This document shows positions 1 to 12,026 of a stretch of 64,000 nucleotides of DNA, piece after piece. Each line of letters starts with the position of its first letter. The first letter of the stretch is position 1. The notes beneath the pieces were generated by a model. It had not been told where the DNA came from. It did not search any database and worked only from the letters and a program-made list of their open reading frames with translations. This DNA comes from a bacterium (GTDB taxonomy: Bacteria; UBA10199; 2-02-FULL-44-16; JAAZCA01): positions 1-64,000 of the forward strand of contig CAXXGI010000001.1 in assembly GCA_963674695.2 (NCBI GenBank). The letters are read 5' to 3'. Position numbers and translations under genes: made by a program.

Positions 1-1736
1 TTCTGGGCGCGATTCAGATCGCGCTGGGCATTGCGCTGCTGCTGGGTTCCGGTGGCAGGCAGCGGCATCTCAGGGCAGATAGAGAGACAGCTCTCACCGC
101 AACCGATCGGGTCGACGAAATGGCTCGCCGCGATACCGTTGGTGACGAAGTAATCGCGAATCGTCTTGGCCCGATTTTCAGAGAGGGTCTGGTTTGATGC
201 GTGCGAACCCTCCGACGATGTGTAACCGATCACGCCAAACTGTGCATCCGGTTCCTGCGCAATTCTCTGCTGCAGCTGATAGATCGCCGCACCGAGCGCA
301 ATATTCGAGTGAATACCATCCGCAGCCCTATCGTTGACCATATCATTCATTCCAAACTTGCCGGATTTGAAGCTCACGCCGGAGAGCTCCAGCGGCGGCT
401 GCGGCTCGGGCTCTGGGGGCGGCGGAGGAGGAGGTGCAGCAGGCTCGGGACATCCGACGCCGGCGCTGCTGTTGCGTGGACCGGGCCGTCTCGGGCACTC
501 ATCTTCGGCCACCGCGCGTGGGGCATCAAAGATGCCATCGCCGTCGCGATCGCGTTCACAACCATTGAGACCTTCAGCGCTCTGCCGCACGCCGGGGCGC
601 GTCGGACAGTCGTCCTCATCGTCGATGATGCCGTCGCCATCGCGGTCTTCAATCTCAGGCTCCGCACAAACATCCCAGGGGATGTGCCGTGATTCCATAA
701 AATAGGCCATATTGCCCGAGGAAAGACGCTCCACGAACTCGAGTCCCTCGTCATAACAGCCGGAATAGCGCTGCCCATCGACGATTTCGTTGCTCTGATC
801 GACCTTACACGTAATCTTCTTGGCGTCGAGCAGACTGCGATTCTCGGCCGGCTCCGTACCAGCCTCCTCTTCGGCATCCTCTGTCTGCGCTTCCCCAACA
901 TTCTCGAGGCCCATGAACCGCTGCATCTGTTTCGGCGTGAACCCAACGAAGATCCGAAACTTCGTGTCCTCATTCTCCGGAACGGAACTATGATCTTCAC
1001 CATGGTACCAGCGAATGAAGGGATCGGCCTGGTCCTCCTTGAGCTGATCGATGAAATCGATCGGATTCCAGACATAGTCGCGTTCGCCATTCATCTTGAC
1101 GCGCGCCGCAGCATCAAGGACCGCCTGCATCTTCATCTCGAGCTCAAGATCGGGGCCATAGTCACAATACCGACCATTATTCGCACAGGCCTCTTCGTCG
1201 ATATATCCTTCATATTGCGTCCATTCATACGCATCGCTCTGACCACAGAAGAAGTTGACGTCGTCACATTTGTCACAGATCTCATCGTGTTCACTGAAGA
1301 TCGTAATGCGCCCACCGACCGCATGCGCTTCATGCGTACCACGATCGAGATCTGCCCCGTGCGTCTGGAAGAGCGCACAGCCGGCCATGGCGAAAAACGC
1401 AGCACCCGTTGCCAACGCGGCGTTCTCAGTCAGGACCGCGCCCTCTTCCACCATATCGGCGACGCTGGCTCCACCCGCAACGTCTCGACAGAGCAGGCCA
1501 CGTTGATGGGCGGGCTCCTTGCAATATCCGTCTATGCCAATGATCTGTTTGAAATCTGTGACGACATCCTTGCTCACATCGCGCAGATGGGAGAGCCCGA
1601 GCGATTCGTTGGCCGAACGCACGGCCCGATCGACCGCACCCTCGCGGCTGTCCGAGCCCTTGCGCAGGTCCGTATCGGACGTGCCGCTCTTGGATTGATG
1701 ATAACGTGCACCGCTTAAGGCCGTAAAGTCTCCCAT
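1..1736 (-). CDS. OmpA-like peptidoglycan-binding protein with thrombospondin type-3 (DxDxDG) repeats; runs off the left edge
   Basis: Absent from the ORF track because it has no stop in the window. AAGGAGG RBS before ATG at 1736. Translation gives DRDGDGIIDDEDDCP and DRDGDGIFD repeats, a PPPPPPEPEP linker, then the OmpA C-domain motifs GVIGYTSSEGSHASNQTLSENRAKTIRDYFVTNGI and GCGES. Confidence 0.85.
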   Translation of the reverse strand, partial: MGDFTALSGARYHQSKSGTSDTDLRKGSDSREGAVDRAVRSANESLGLSHLRDVSKDVVTDFKQIIGIDGYCKEPAHQRGLLCRDVAGGASVADMVEEGAVLTENAALATGAAFFAMAGCALFQTHGADLDRGTHEAHAVGGRITIFSEHDEICDKCDDVNFFCGQSDAYEWTQYEGYIDEEACANNGRYCDYGPDLELEMKMQAVLDAAARVKMNGERDYVWNPIDFIDQLKEDQADPFIRWYHGEDHSSVPENEDTKFRIFVGFTPKQMQRFMGLENVGEAQTEDAEEEAGTEPAENRSLLDAKKITCKVDQSNEIVDGQRYSGCYDEGLEFVERLSSGNMAYFMESRHIPWDVCAEPEIEDRDGDGIIDDEDDCPTRPGVRQSAEGLNGCERDRDGDGIFDAPRAVAEDECPRRPGPRNSSAGVGCPEPAAPPPPPPPEPEPQPPLELSGVSFKSGKFGMNDMVNDRAADGIHSNIALGAAIYQLQQRIAQEPDAQFGVIGYTSSEGSHASNQTLSENRAKTIRDYFVTNGIAASHFVDPIGCGESCLSICPEMPLPATGTQQQRNAQRDLNRAQ

Positions 1737-1773
1737 GCGGTCCTCCTTGAAGTAATGCCCCCTTGCATAAGGA

Positions 1774-1800
1774 GTATCGGCAGGAATACGAAAATGTTGT
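1774..1800 (-). promoter_or_regulatory. Recurrent sigma28-like promoter motif (ACAACAT-N12-GCCGATAC)
   Basis: Matches the motif found at six other sites; about 40 nt upstream of the OmpA gene. Confidence 0.55.
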
Positions 1801-2024
1801 GACATTGCTGATCGGCAATCGAGGGGGAAAAGAGGAGGAAGCAATTTTACATTGCCTCTCCATCTCCAGGGGTTGGGCTGCAACTTTCGGCAAAATGGTG
1901 TGTACAGATGTACACGGAAATTTCAACGCCCATCGCAAAACATCCGACACCGCAACATACAATCGCCGTCCGGGTCTTTTCCCGGACGGCGATCCCATCG
2001 ACACATCCTTGTGCACCGCAACGG

Positions 2025-3701
2025 CTAGCGAACCTGAACAACGCGGGTTTTGAGCACGCCGACCGCGTGCGAACCACCCGCGACGAGCGTCTCGACGTCC
2101 AGACCATGATCGCGCGGCGTAATTCCATTTAATCCCACCCAACGATTAGGCGCGAGCGCACTGGCCGCATAGAGCCAATCGCGATCATAGACAAAGCCAC
2201 TGAACCGCAGAACCCGACGCACATCCATGAACCCCTGTTGCCCCAACGCCTTCATCAGGAAGACACGCGAAGGATCGGAAAAACGCACTGAAGCGTCTCC
2301 GCCCTTCGCCGCACGCACGGCTTCAAGCTCCTTCATGAAGGTTTCGTAATCAAACCCCGCGACATCGCGTTCGGAAAAAGCCGCGTTCCGAACAAAAGCG
2401 ATGGTCGCATCGTAATCTGGCATGAGCCGCAGGGTATGTCCGATATGCTGACTGTCGAAGAGCTTCGTCGAGAGCATCTTCTTAAATTCTGCTTCGCTGA
2501 ACCCAAACCGATGGGCCTCCAGCTGCAGATTCGCACCTTCCTGCATCTCGCCGAGCTTGTCGTGTGAAACAAACCCAAAGGTCGTGCGCACGCCCATCGG
2601 AATGCCGAGCGCCGCGCCAATAACGCTCTCCATCACCCCACCGGTGAGCCCGGCAAAATGCAGTGCCCCACCCGCCAGCGCCGGCGCGAAGATCGAATCG
2701 CCATCCGATGGCGTCATGATATGCCAGGGTTTCATCCCCGCATTCATCCAGGCGTTGAACGTGGTCTCATGCCGCGGCCGTGCCAATGAGGCCGCGCGCA
2801 GCCCGGAGGGGTCGATATTGAATGCTGCGGACGCACGCGCGACGACGGAAGTCGGCTTGCTATCGATCTGAATACCACTGCCATCCATCTGCCAGCGCGT
2901 CATGAGGCGGTTGAGATAGAGATCGTCGGAGAGCGAACGCACGCCGTCGCTGTTGTTGCCGTTGACCGCCAGCATGAGTGAGAGCGCCCCGGAGTATCCC
3001 GGATACCAGCAGCGCGAGTCAGCAAGCTGTGGGTCCCACCCTTCACCGACGCCGCGTGTCGCGCCGGTCGCATTGAGCATCTTGGTGGCATTGGTCACCT
3101 CCAACGGATCGACGAGAAACCGAACAGGGAATCCCCCACCGATACCAACCGGCTCACCGCGATAGAGCGCCGCCCCACGCCCCATCAGATCGCGACCGCC
3201 GCCCTCGCCGCCGCTGATGATGCCCTTCATCCACATCCGATTGAAAACCGCGCGCATCGCATGAGTCGCAGCGGTATCCCCCTGTTCCTTGATCTGCTTG
3301 GCGTGCGCCTTCTCCGGACCGCCCTGGCCCATCGAAGGATACGCCGCAACCGCCGCTGCGATCGGACCCACCGCCAGACGAGCATTCATCTCGACATCGC
3401 CCAACGAATAAATCGGCGGGGCAATCTCGGTATATGTGGCACCTTCGATGCGATACTGACCCTCGCCCGCATCGAACTCCACACCCGTGAGCATGCGCCG
3501 CATCGTCTCGACAGGCAAACCATCCGGCAGCGGCTCATAGCCGCGCGTCGCACGATAGGCCTCGATACCAACGCTGACATCATCGAGCGAGACCGGAAAG
3601 GTGCCCTTCATCTGATCCGCGGAGAAATCCGAAGGCAGATCGCCGAAGAAGGTCGTGGGGGCATACGGGTAGTTTGCGGGAACCGGGATGATCGTGCTCA
3701 T
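2025..3701 (-). CDS. Divergent class II fructose-1,6-bisphosphatase (GlpX-like) with N-terminal extension and internal insertion
   Basis: GDTAATHAMR...GGEGG, LYRGEPVGIG, LVDPLEVT, RPRH, SDGD and GGVMESVI follow the GlpX motif order (AAVDAMR, GEGE, DPLEGT, RPRH, DGD, GGAPEGV); GAGGAGG RBS. Confidence 0.7.
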   Translation of the reverse strand: MSTIIPVPANYPYAPTTFFGDLPSDFSADQMKGTFPVSLDDVSVGIEAYRATRGYEPLPDGLPVETMRRMLTGVEFDAGEGQYRIEGATYTEIAPPIYSLGDVEMNARLAVGPIAAAVAAYPSMGQGGPEKAHAKQIKEQGDTAATHAMRAVFNRMWMKGIISGGEGGGRDLMGRGAALYRGEPVGIGGGFPVRFLVDPLEVTNATKMLNATGATRGVGEGWDPQLADSRCWYPGYSGALSLMLAVNGNNSDGVRSLSDDLYLNRLMTRWQMDGSGIQIDSKPTSVVARASAAFNIDPSGLRAASLARPRHETTFNAWMNAGMKPWHIMTPSDGDSIFAPALAGGALHFAGLTGGVMESVIGAALGIPMGVRTTFGFVSHDKLGEMQEGANLQLEAHRFGFSEAEFKKMLSTKLFDSQHIGHTLRLMPDYDATIAFVRNAAFSERDVAGFDYETFMKELEAVRAAKGGDASVRFSDPSRVFLMKALGQQGFMDVRRVLRFSGFVYDRDWLYAASALAPNRWVGLNGITPRDHGLDVETLVAGGSHAVGVLKTRVVQVR

Positions 3702-3816
3702 GGGGAACGCCTCCTCTTATGATGAACGGTGGAGCGCTCCCCCAAGCGCGGAGGCCTTGGTAATACAATTGTTACCAGGGATTCAAGACTTTTCTATCGG
3801 GCTGGAAATAGGGGGC

Positions 3817-4503
3817 TTAGGCTGGCGTTTCCGCCAAAAGGACAAAACTAAACTGCCGCTCATCCGCATCCTGATCGCGGCGCCAGGAGGAAAAACGTGT
3901 ATCGCAGAAGGTGCAGGGACCGACCGTTTCAATCCGATCAGGAGCGATGCCGGCGCGCATGAGAAACGCATGGTTGGCCGCACCGAGATCGACATGGCGC
4001 TCATCGGCGCGCCAACCCTCATCGATGCCGAGGCCCTCGAATGCAGCGATCACTTCCGGGCCGACCTCATAACAGGAGGAACAGATATGCGGCCCGATCG
4101 CCGCCACACAGTCGGCCGGATCGATGCCGAAGGTGGTCTGCATCGCCCGCAGGGTGGTGCCGACGACATCCTCCGCCGTTCCGCGCCAGCCGGCATGCAC
4201 CGCCGCCACCGCCGCGCCGTTGGCCTCTGCGATCAGGATGGGAACACAGTCAGCCGTGCGCACAAAGCAGACCAGCCCCGGCCGATCGGAGATGAAGGCA
4301 TCGCCCGCGAGCTTGGGCCCCTTCTTCGGCCAGGCCAGATAGTGGACACAAGCCCCATGCACCTGATCGGTCTCGAAGAGAAACCGATCGGGAATCCCCA
4401 TCGCATCGAGCGAATCCGCCACCGACACCCCGCGCAGACCAAAGCCATGCGCCACATGCGGCACGGCGTTCAAGAGTTTTGAATGCAAACACAATTGCGT
4501 CAT
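3817..4503 (-). CDS. pgeF: Peptidoglycan editing factor / YfiH-family purine nucleoside phosphorylase
   Basis: QVHG, TADCVPIL, HAGWRG, AIGPHI, CYEVG, CT..D.RFSSWRR; start set at ATG 4503 after AAGGA; adjacent to rluD. Confidence 0.93.
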   Translation of the reverse strand: MTQLCLHSKLLNAVPHVAHGFGLRGVSVADSLDAMGIPDRFLFETDQVHGACVHYLAWPKKGPKLAGDAFISDRPGLVCFVRTADCVPILIAEANGAAVAAVHAGWRGTAEDVVGTTLRAMQTTFGIDPADCVAAIGPHICSSCYEVGPEVIAAFEGLGIDEGWRADERHVDLGAANHAFLMRAGIAPDRIETVGPCTFCDTRFSSWRRDQDADERQFSFVLLAETPA

Positions 4504-4534
4504 ATCCTTATACCCAACACTGACTTGCGATTTT

Positions 4535-4576
4535 GCCATCTCACTATTCAGCCATCTCACCATCTCACGATCCAAC
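4535..4576. repeat. Short degenerate tandem repeat (CCATCTCA-like units)
   Basis: gccatctcactattcagccatctcaccatctcacgatcc between rluD and pgeF. Confidence 0.5.
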
Positions 4577-5530
4577 ACCTAACCGGAATAGCGCATCCTC
4601 AATATCCTCTGGCAACGGCGCGACGAACTCCATGCGCTCCCCCGTTCGCGGATGATCGAGGCCCAAGCGCCAGGCATGCAGCAGGGGGCGATCGATCGGG
4701 GCCACGAGTTTCTCCACGGTCGCATCGGTGATCCGCTTGAGCTTTCGTGCGCCGCCGTAGAGCGGATCGCCCACGAGCGGATGATTCTCCTCGGCCAGGT
4801 GCACGCGGATCTGATGCGTGCGCCCGGTGTGCAGACGAATTTCGAGCCAGGAGGTCGGGCCGGGGAGTTGGTCCAACACGCGCCATTCGGTGATGGCGAT
4901 CCTCCCTTTTCGCGTATGCGATGAGATCTTCTTGCGATCCCCCTCGCAACGCCCCAGCTCCGATTCGATACGGCCGCTGCGCTCCGGCATCGCGCCGAAG
5001 ACAAGCGCCCCATAGATCTTGAGCACCGTGCGCGCCTGAAACTGATCGGAGAGTTTCTGGTGCGCCGCATCGTTCTTCGCCGCAACGATCACACCGGTGG
5101 TGCCCACATCAAGCCGATGCACGATTCCCGCCTTGAGTTCGCCCCCGATGCCGGAGAGATCGTCGCAGTGTGCCAAGAGCGCATTCATCAGCGTGCCGTC
5201 CGGATGCCCGGCCGCCGGATGCACGACCATCCCCGCGGGTTTATTCACCACGATGATATCGGCATCCTCGTGGAGGACATCGAGCGGAATCTCCTGCGCG
5301 ATCGCCGAGGGTTCGCGCGGCGGCGGCACGCAGACGTCGATCACCTCCCCCGCCTCCACCGCATAGGACGCCTTCACCTGTTTCCCATCGACGCGCACGC
5401 ATTCCTCGTCGAGCAGGCGTTTGACCTGCGAACGCGTCAGCCCCTCAACGCGCGCAGCGATGAAGGCATCCACGCGCATGCCCGCGCCCTCGTCCTCCAC
5501 CGTGATGATATGTCGTTGTTCAGAGGTCAT
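4565..5530 (-). CDS. rluD: 23S rRNA pseudouridine synthase, RluA/RluD family
   Basis: N-terminal S4 domain, VVNKPAGMVVHP, GIVHRLD, TGRTHQIRVH, GDPLYG. Confidence 0.95.
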   Translation of the reverse strand: MTSEQRHIITVEDEGAGMRVDAFIAARVEGLTRSQVKRLLDEECVRVDGKQVKASYAVEAGEVIDVCVPPPREPSAIAQEIPLDVLHEDADIIVVNKPAGMVVHPAAGHPDGTLMNALLAHCDDLSGIGGELKAGIVHRLDVGTTGVIVAAKNDAAHQKLSDQFQARTVLKIYGALVFGAMPERSGRIESELGRCEGDRKKISSHTRKGRIAITEWRVLDQLPGPTSWLEIRLHTGRTHQIRVHLAEENHPLVGDPLYGGARKLKRITDATVEKLVAPIDRPLLHAWRLGLDHPRTGERMEFVAPLPEDIEDALFRLGVGS

Positions 5531-5554
5531 CGAAGATCTCGAGAGAGAAACGAA

Positions 5555-6475
5555 CTACTCCACGTCCAACGCACCGATGAGATCGGCGATGCGCGCAACA
5601 CCCTGCTCGTCGCCGTATCGCTGCAACCCCTCGATGATTTCAAGCGCTGCCATCGGCCGCACGAAGTTTGCCGTGCCGACCTGCACGGCCGTGGCGCCCG
5701 CGAGGAGAAACTCGACCGCATCGAGCGCGTCCATGATGCCGCCCATGCCGATGATCGGAACCGGCACCGCACCGGCGGCCTCGCGCACCATCCGCAGGGC
5801 GATCGGCTTGATCGCGGGACCGGAGAGCCCTCCGACAACATTGGACAGCTGTGGTCGACGCGTGATCGGGTCGATGGCCATCGCCGGAATCGTATTGATG
5901 AGCGAGAGGGCATCCGCGCCCGCATCGACCACCGCTCGCGCCATGCCCGGAATATCGGAACACTGCGGCGAGAGCTTGACGATGAGCGAACCGGGGAAGA
6001 CCTCTCGCACCGCCTGCGTCACCTTTGCTGCCGCCTGCGGATCGACGCCGAACTGAATGCCGCCGGACTTGACGTTCGGACAGGAGATATTGACCTCGAT
6101 CGCAGCCACCCCATCGACGCCGGCGAGACGCTCGGCCACCCCTCGATAGGCATCGACATCGGGTCCGAATATATTGACGATGACGGTTGCACGGGCCGCG
6201 CGCAGGAGGGGGAGTTTTTCCGACACAAAGGCTTCAACGCCGACGCCCGGCAACCCGATCGCATTGAGCATCCCCGAGGCCGTCTCGACCACCCGCGGCA
6301 TCGGATTGCCCGCGCGCGGTTCGAGTGAAATGCCCTTGGTCACCACCGCGCCGAGCTGCGAGATGTCATAGAGATCGTTCTGAAATTCCTCGCCATAGCC
6401 AAACGTCCCGGACGCAACCATGACGGGATTCTTGAGCGTGAGTGAACCGATCACTGTTGTGAGGTCTGTTTTCAT
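5555..6475 (-). CDS. pyrD: Dihydroorotate dehydrogenase family 1B, catalytic subunit
   Basis: NPVMVASGTFG, GNPMPR, EVNISCPNV, VKLSP, GGLSGPAIKP. Confidence 0.96.
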   Translation of the reverse strand: MKTDLTTVIGSLTLKNPVMVASGTFGYGEEFQNDLYDISQLGAVVTKGISLEPRAGNPMPRVVETASGMLNAIGLPGVGVEAFVSEKLPLLRAARATVIVNIFGPDVDAYRGVAERLAGVDGVAAIEVNISCPNVKSGGIQFGVDPQAAAKVTQAVREVFPGSLIVKLSPQCSDIPGMARAVVDAGADALSLINTIPAMAIDPITRRPQLSNVVGGLSGPAIKPIALRMVREAAGAVPVPIIGMGGIMDALDAVEFLLAGATAVQVGTANFVRPMAALEIIEGLQRYGDEQGVARIADLIGALDVE

Positions 6476-7226
6476 AGGCGGAGTTCTTCCACGCGAAAGA
6501 CCGGGCCTTCGCGACAGGTGCGCACATATTCGCCCGATGCCGTTTCACAGGCACAACCGAGGCAGACGCCAATGCCGCAGGCCATATACGATTCCATCGA
6601 AACCTGCGTCGGAATATCTTTTGCGCGCGAAAACTCGGCGATGGCCCGCAGCATGCCGTCCGGCCCACAGGCGAAGAGTTCAGGTTCCGCGATCGAAGCG
6701 ATCTCGCGTGCGAGGCGATCGGTGACAACCCCCTTCTCACCGGAACTCCCATCATCGGTGGCGATGCGCAGATCGATGCCGCACGCCGCAATCTCATCGG
6801 TCAAAAAGAGGTCGCTGCCCGACCGCGCACCGACATAGAAGACCACCGCCCGACCGCCAGCGCGCAGCCTTCGCGCCAACCCCATCAGCGGTGCCAACCC
6901 GTAGCCGCCGGCCACGAGCACCGCGGTCTTGCCTTCATCCGGCAGGGCAAACCCCTTCCCCAGCGGACCCAACACGCGCAAGCGCGCACCCACTTCGAGC
7001 GCGGAGAGCGCCTCGGTCCCCTTGCCCACGACCTTATAGCAGATCTGCGCCTGACCCTCGTTCACATCGGCGATGCCGAACGGACGGCGCAAGAAGACGA
7101 CGGAACCCGGAACCTCAACCATGACGAACTGCCCGGGCGTCCATTCCGACCACTCGACGGCAACGCTGAGACGAAAGACGCGCTCGGCGATCGCTTCATT
7201 CGAAATGAGAGTGGTTTCGATATCCT

Positions 7227-7230
<4 letters not shown>
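6472..7230 (-). CDS. pyrK: Dihydroorotate dehydrogenase electron-transfer subunit
   Basis: PGQFVM, LRRPF, GPLGKGF, AGGYG, ACGP, MACGIGVCLGC...C 2Fe-2S motif; overlaps pyrD. Confidence 0.95.
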
Positions 7231-9136
<1,906 letters not shown>

Positions 9137-9205
9137 TTATTTCCGCTGAAAAACCGCGCTGTTGCTACCGCGACGCCGTGGTGGTGTCAATGGGGGAAGG
9201 CAACG

Positions 9206-10123
9206 TTATCCGAGAAAAGTCGCGATTTCCGCACCCAATCCATCGACATCGACGGGATCGAACCAGCGCAGCTGTGACTCGGAGCGAAGCCAGGTGAGCT
9301 GGCGTTTGGCAAACCGACGTGAGTTGCGTTTGGTCAGTCGCACGGCCTCCTCGAACGGCATCTCATCGCGAAGGAAGGCCACGATTTCGCGATAGCCGAC
9401 CGCGCGGAAGGGTTGTTCATCGCCCGTGGCCTCCTGCAAAAGCGCGCGCACCTCATCGACGAGCCCCTCAGTCAGCATTCGGTCGACGCGCGCATCGATG
9501 CGGGCGTAGAGCTCGGCGCGATCGATGGTGAGCCCGAGCTTGAGGGCGTCATAGCGATCTTCCTTAAAGGCGTGCTCGCGCCGGATGACACTTGCCGGCT
9601 GTCCGGTGAGGTGATGAATCTCGAGCGCACGCACGATGCGCGTGCGATCGTTCGGATGCAGGATGCGCCCCGATTCCGGATCGACCTCACCGAGCTTGGC
9701 GTGCAATTCGTGCAGAGCATCGAGGCCGCGTGCATCGATGTCTGCTTCGAGCCGCTGCCGATACGCCTCATCGCATTGCGGCACCTCGCAGATCCCATGC
9801 AGGAGCATCTGCAGAAACATGCCCGTCCCCCCCACGACGAAGGGAACCTTTTTTCGCGAAACGATATCGGCGATCGCCGCATCGGCCGCCGCCACAAAGC
9901 GCGCGGCATCGAAGTGTTCATGCCGGTCCACGATATCGATCAGGTGATGGGGAACGTCGGAACGCTCGGCGAGGTCCGCCTTGGCCGTGCCGATGTCGAA
10001 GCCGCGCCAGACCTGCTGCGAATCAGCCGAGACGATCTCGCCGCCAAAGCGCCGAGCCATCTCGATGCTCACCGCAGTCTTGCCCACCGCGGTGGGCCCA
10101 CAGATGATGATGATCTTCTTCAT
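9206..10123 (-). CDS. miaA: tRNA dimethylallyltransferase
   Basis: GPTAVGKT, SADSQQV, DIGTAK, VGGTG, FAKRQLTW; start overlaps the mutL stop (ATGA). Confidence 0.96.
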   Translation of the reverse strand: MKKIIIICGPTAVGKTAVSIEMARRFGGEIVSADSQQVWRGFDIGTAKADLAERSDVPHHLIDIVDRHEHFDAARFVAAADAAIADIVSRKKVPFVVGGTGMFLQMLLHGICEVPQCDEAYRQRLEADIDARGLDALHELHAKLGEVDPESGRILHPNDRTRIVRALEIHHLTGQPASVIRREHAFKEDRYDALKLGLTIDRAELYARIDARVDRMLTEGLVDEVRALLQEATGDEQPFRAVGYREIVAFLRDEMPFEEAVRLTKRNSRRFAKRQLTWLRSESQLRWFDPVDVDGLGAEIATFLG

Positions 10124-11895
10124 GGAATACGCCGAAACCATTTTTCAATCTGGTCCGTTTCGATCCGCACGATGACAGGACGCCCGTGCGGGCAGTGCGT
10201 GACGTCCTCGCGCTGCATGTCGCGCAGGAGTGAGGTCATCTCCTCGATCGAGAGCCGATCGCCGGCGCGCACCTGACCGTGACAGGCGGCCAGAGCAAAG
10301 ATCTTTTCGAGGGCGTCATCGATCGAACGCGACGCGCCGATCTGCTCCACCTCCAGGGCAAAACGGGCGAAGAGCATCTGCAGATTCGCGTCGGCCAGTA
10401 GCGCCGGCACGGCCTTCACGAGAATACTGTGGCCGCCGAAGGGCTCGATCTCGAAACCGGCTCGGGCCAGCATCTCACCGTGGTCGTCGATATAGGCGAG
10501 CGATTGCGCATCGAGTTCGATGCGCTCCGGAACGAGCAAGCGCTGCTGGGCCACGCGCCCTTGCGTATACTGTTTCTTGAGCGCATCGAACCCGAGCCGC
10601 TCGTGTGCGGCGTGTTGATCGATGAGGACGAGCGCGCCATCGACATCTTCGCAGACGATATAGGTCTGATTGAATTGGCCCAGGGGACGGAGACCGGCTT
10701 CCGCTCGACTCTGATTCTCCCGAAAGGAGATCTGTGCCGTCTCGTTCACACACTCCTGCGCATTTCGAAGGACGATGGACGTCCGTTCACTTCGTTCACT
10801 CGGACGATGGACGAAAACACTCTTTCGCCCGTCGCCCATTGTCCATGCGAACCCTTCGGCATTGTTCAGGGCTGGCTCCGTGAGCGATTGTCCTTCGCGC
10901 AACAACGTCGCCCCTCGCGAGACGCCCTTTTGCACCGCGCGCATCACGAAATCGTGCACCGCGGCACTCTGGGCGAAGCGCACCTCGCGCTTGGCCGGAT
11001 GGACGTTCACATCCACCTGTTTGGGATCCATGTCGATCCAGAGGACACATGCGGGATGATCGCTGCCCAGATGTCCCTCGCCGAAACCGGCGTTCACCGC
11101 ATGGATCAGCACGCGATCGCGCACGGGACGACCATTGAGGAAGAGATGGACGTCCTTTCCGCCCGGACGCCCATTCGGGGCGACCCAGCCGCGCACGCCG
11201 AGATCGCCGCTCACTTCATCGATGACAACGAGGGCCCCGCGAAAACGCTCGCCCAGGACCGCGAGCGCACGTTCTTGGGCGGAATCGGCACCTGCCTGAT
11301 AGCGACGACGCCCGTCGGCGGTGAGTTCGAAGCGCACCCCGGGGCTGGCGAGCGAGAGCTCCTGAACGACGCCGACGATATGCCCCAGCTCGACCCCCGC
11401 CGACCGCAGAAACTTTCGCCGCGCGGGGACGTTGAAAAAGAGATCGCGCACATCGATGCGCGTGCCGCCCGCGCATCCGGCCACGACCGGCTCGGTCATT
11501 TCGGAGCCAATCACTTCTATGCGCGCGCCCTCGATGACCTCCGGGCGATTCACACGCGTTTCGATCGCCAGCTGTGAAACCGCCCCGATCGTTGCGAGCG
11601 CCTCGCCGCGAAACCCCATGGTGGTAATACGCTCGAGGTCCTGCTCATCACTGATCTTGCTCGTCGCATGGCGTTGAACACTCAAGGCCAGGTCATCGGC
11701 ATCCATGCCACAGCCATCGTCGGTGACGCTGATGCGCACGATTCCGCCGCCTTCAACATCGACGCGAATGGCCCCTGCCCCCGCATCGATGGCGTTTTCG
11801 ACGAGTTCCTTGACGACCGAGGCCGGCCGCTCGACCACCTCGCCCGCCGCGATCTTCTCTGCCACCGCCCGTGGCAATGCTCGAATCGTTCCCAT
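10120..11895 (-). CDS. mutL: DNA mismatch repair protein MutL
   Basis: IAAGEVVERPASVVKELVEN, GFRGEAL, VDVNVHPAKREV, DQHAAHER, CPHGRP. Confidence 0.97.
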   Translation of the reverse strand: MGTIRALPRAVAEKIAAGEVVERPASVVKELVENAIDAGAGAIRVDVEGGGIVRISVTDDGCGMDADDLALSVQRHATSKISDEQDLERITTMGFRGEALATIGAVSQLAIETRVNRPEVIEGARIEVIGSEMTEPVVAGCAGGTRIDVRDLFFNVPARRKFLRSAGVELGHIVGVVQELSLASPGVRFELTADGRRRYQAGADSAQERALAVLGERFRGALVVIDEVSGDLGVRGWVAPNGRPGGKDVHLFLNGRPVRDRVLIHAVNAGFGEGHLGSDHPACVLWIDMDPKQVDVNVHPAKREVRFAQSAAVHDFVMRAVQKGVSRGATLLREGQSLTEPALNNAEGFAWTMGDGRKSVFVHRPSERSERTSIVLRNAQECVNETAQISFRENQSRAEAGLRPLGQFNQTYIVCEDVDGALVLIDQHAAHERLGFDALKKQYTQGRVAQQRLLVPERIELDAQSLAYIDDHGEMLARAGFEIEPFGGHSILVKAVPALLADANLQMLFARFALEVEQIGASRSIDDALEKIFALAACHGQVRAGDRLSIEEMTSLLRDMQREDVTHCPHGRPVIVRIETDQIEKWFRRIP

Positions 11896-12026
11896 GCTCG
11901 CTCCCTAACACGGCGTTCCCGTCGATTTCAACGCAATAAGCCACGCTGCCGATTTCTCCTTGAATTGCGATGGCGAAACGAACAGAATCGGCGGCCCTGA
12001 CGATAAATGGCGAAAGGAACGCTCTT

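Noticed and set aside
3794-3820. Eighth copy of the sigma28-like motif before the GlpX-like gene
   Set aside because: Only a partial -10 (CCCGATAG) and no CAACTT element, so it was not counted.
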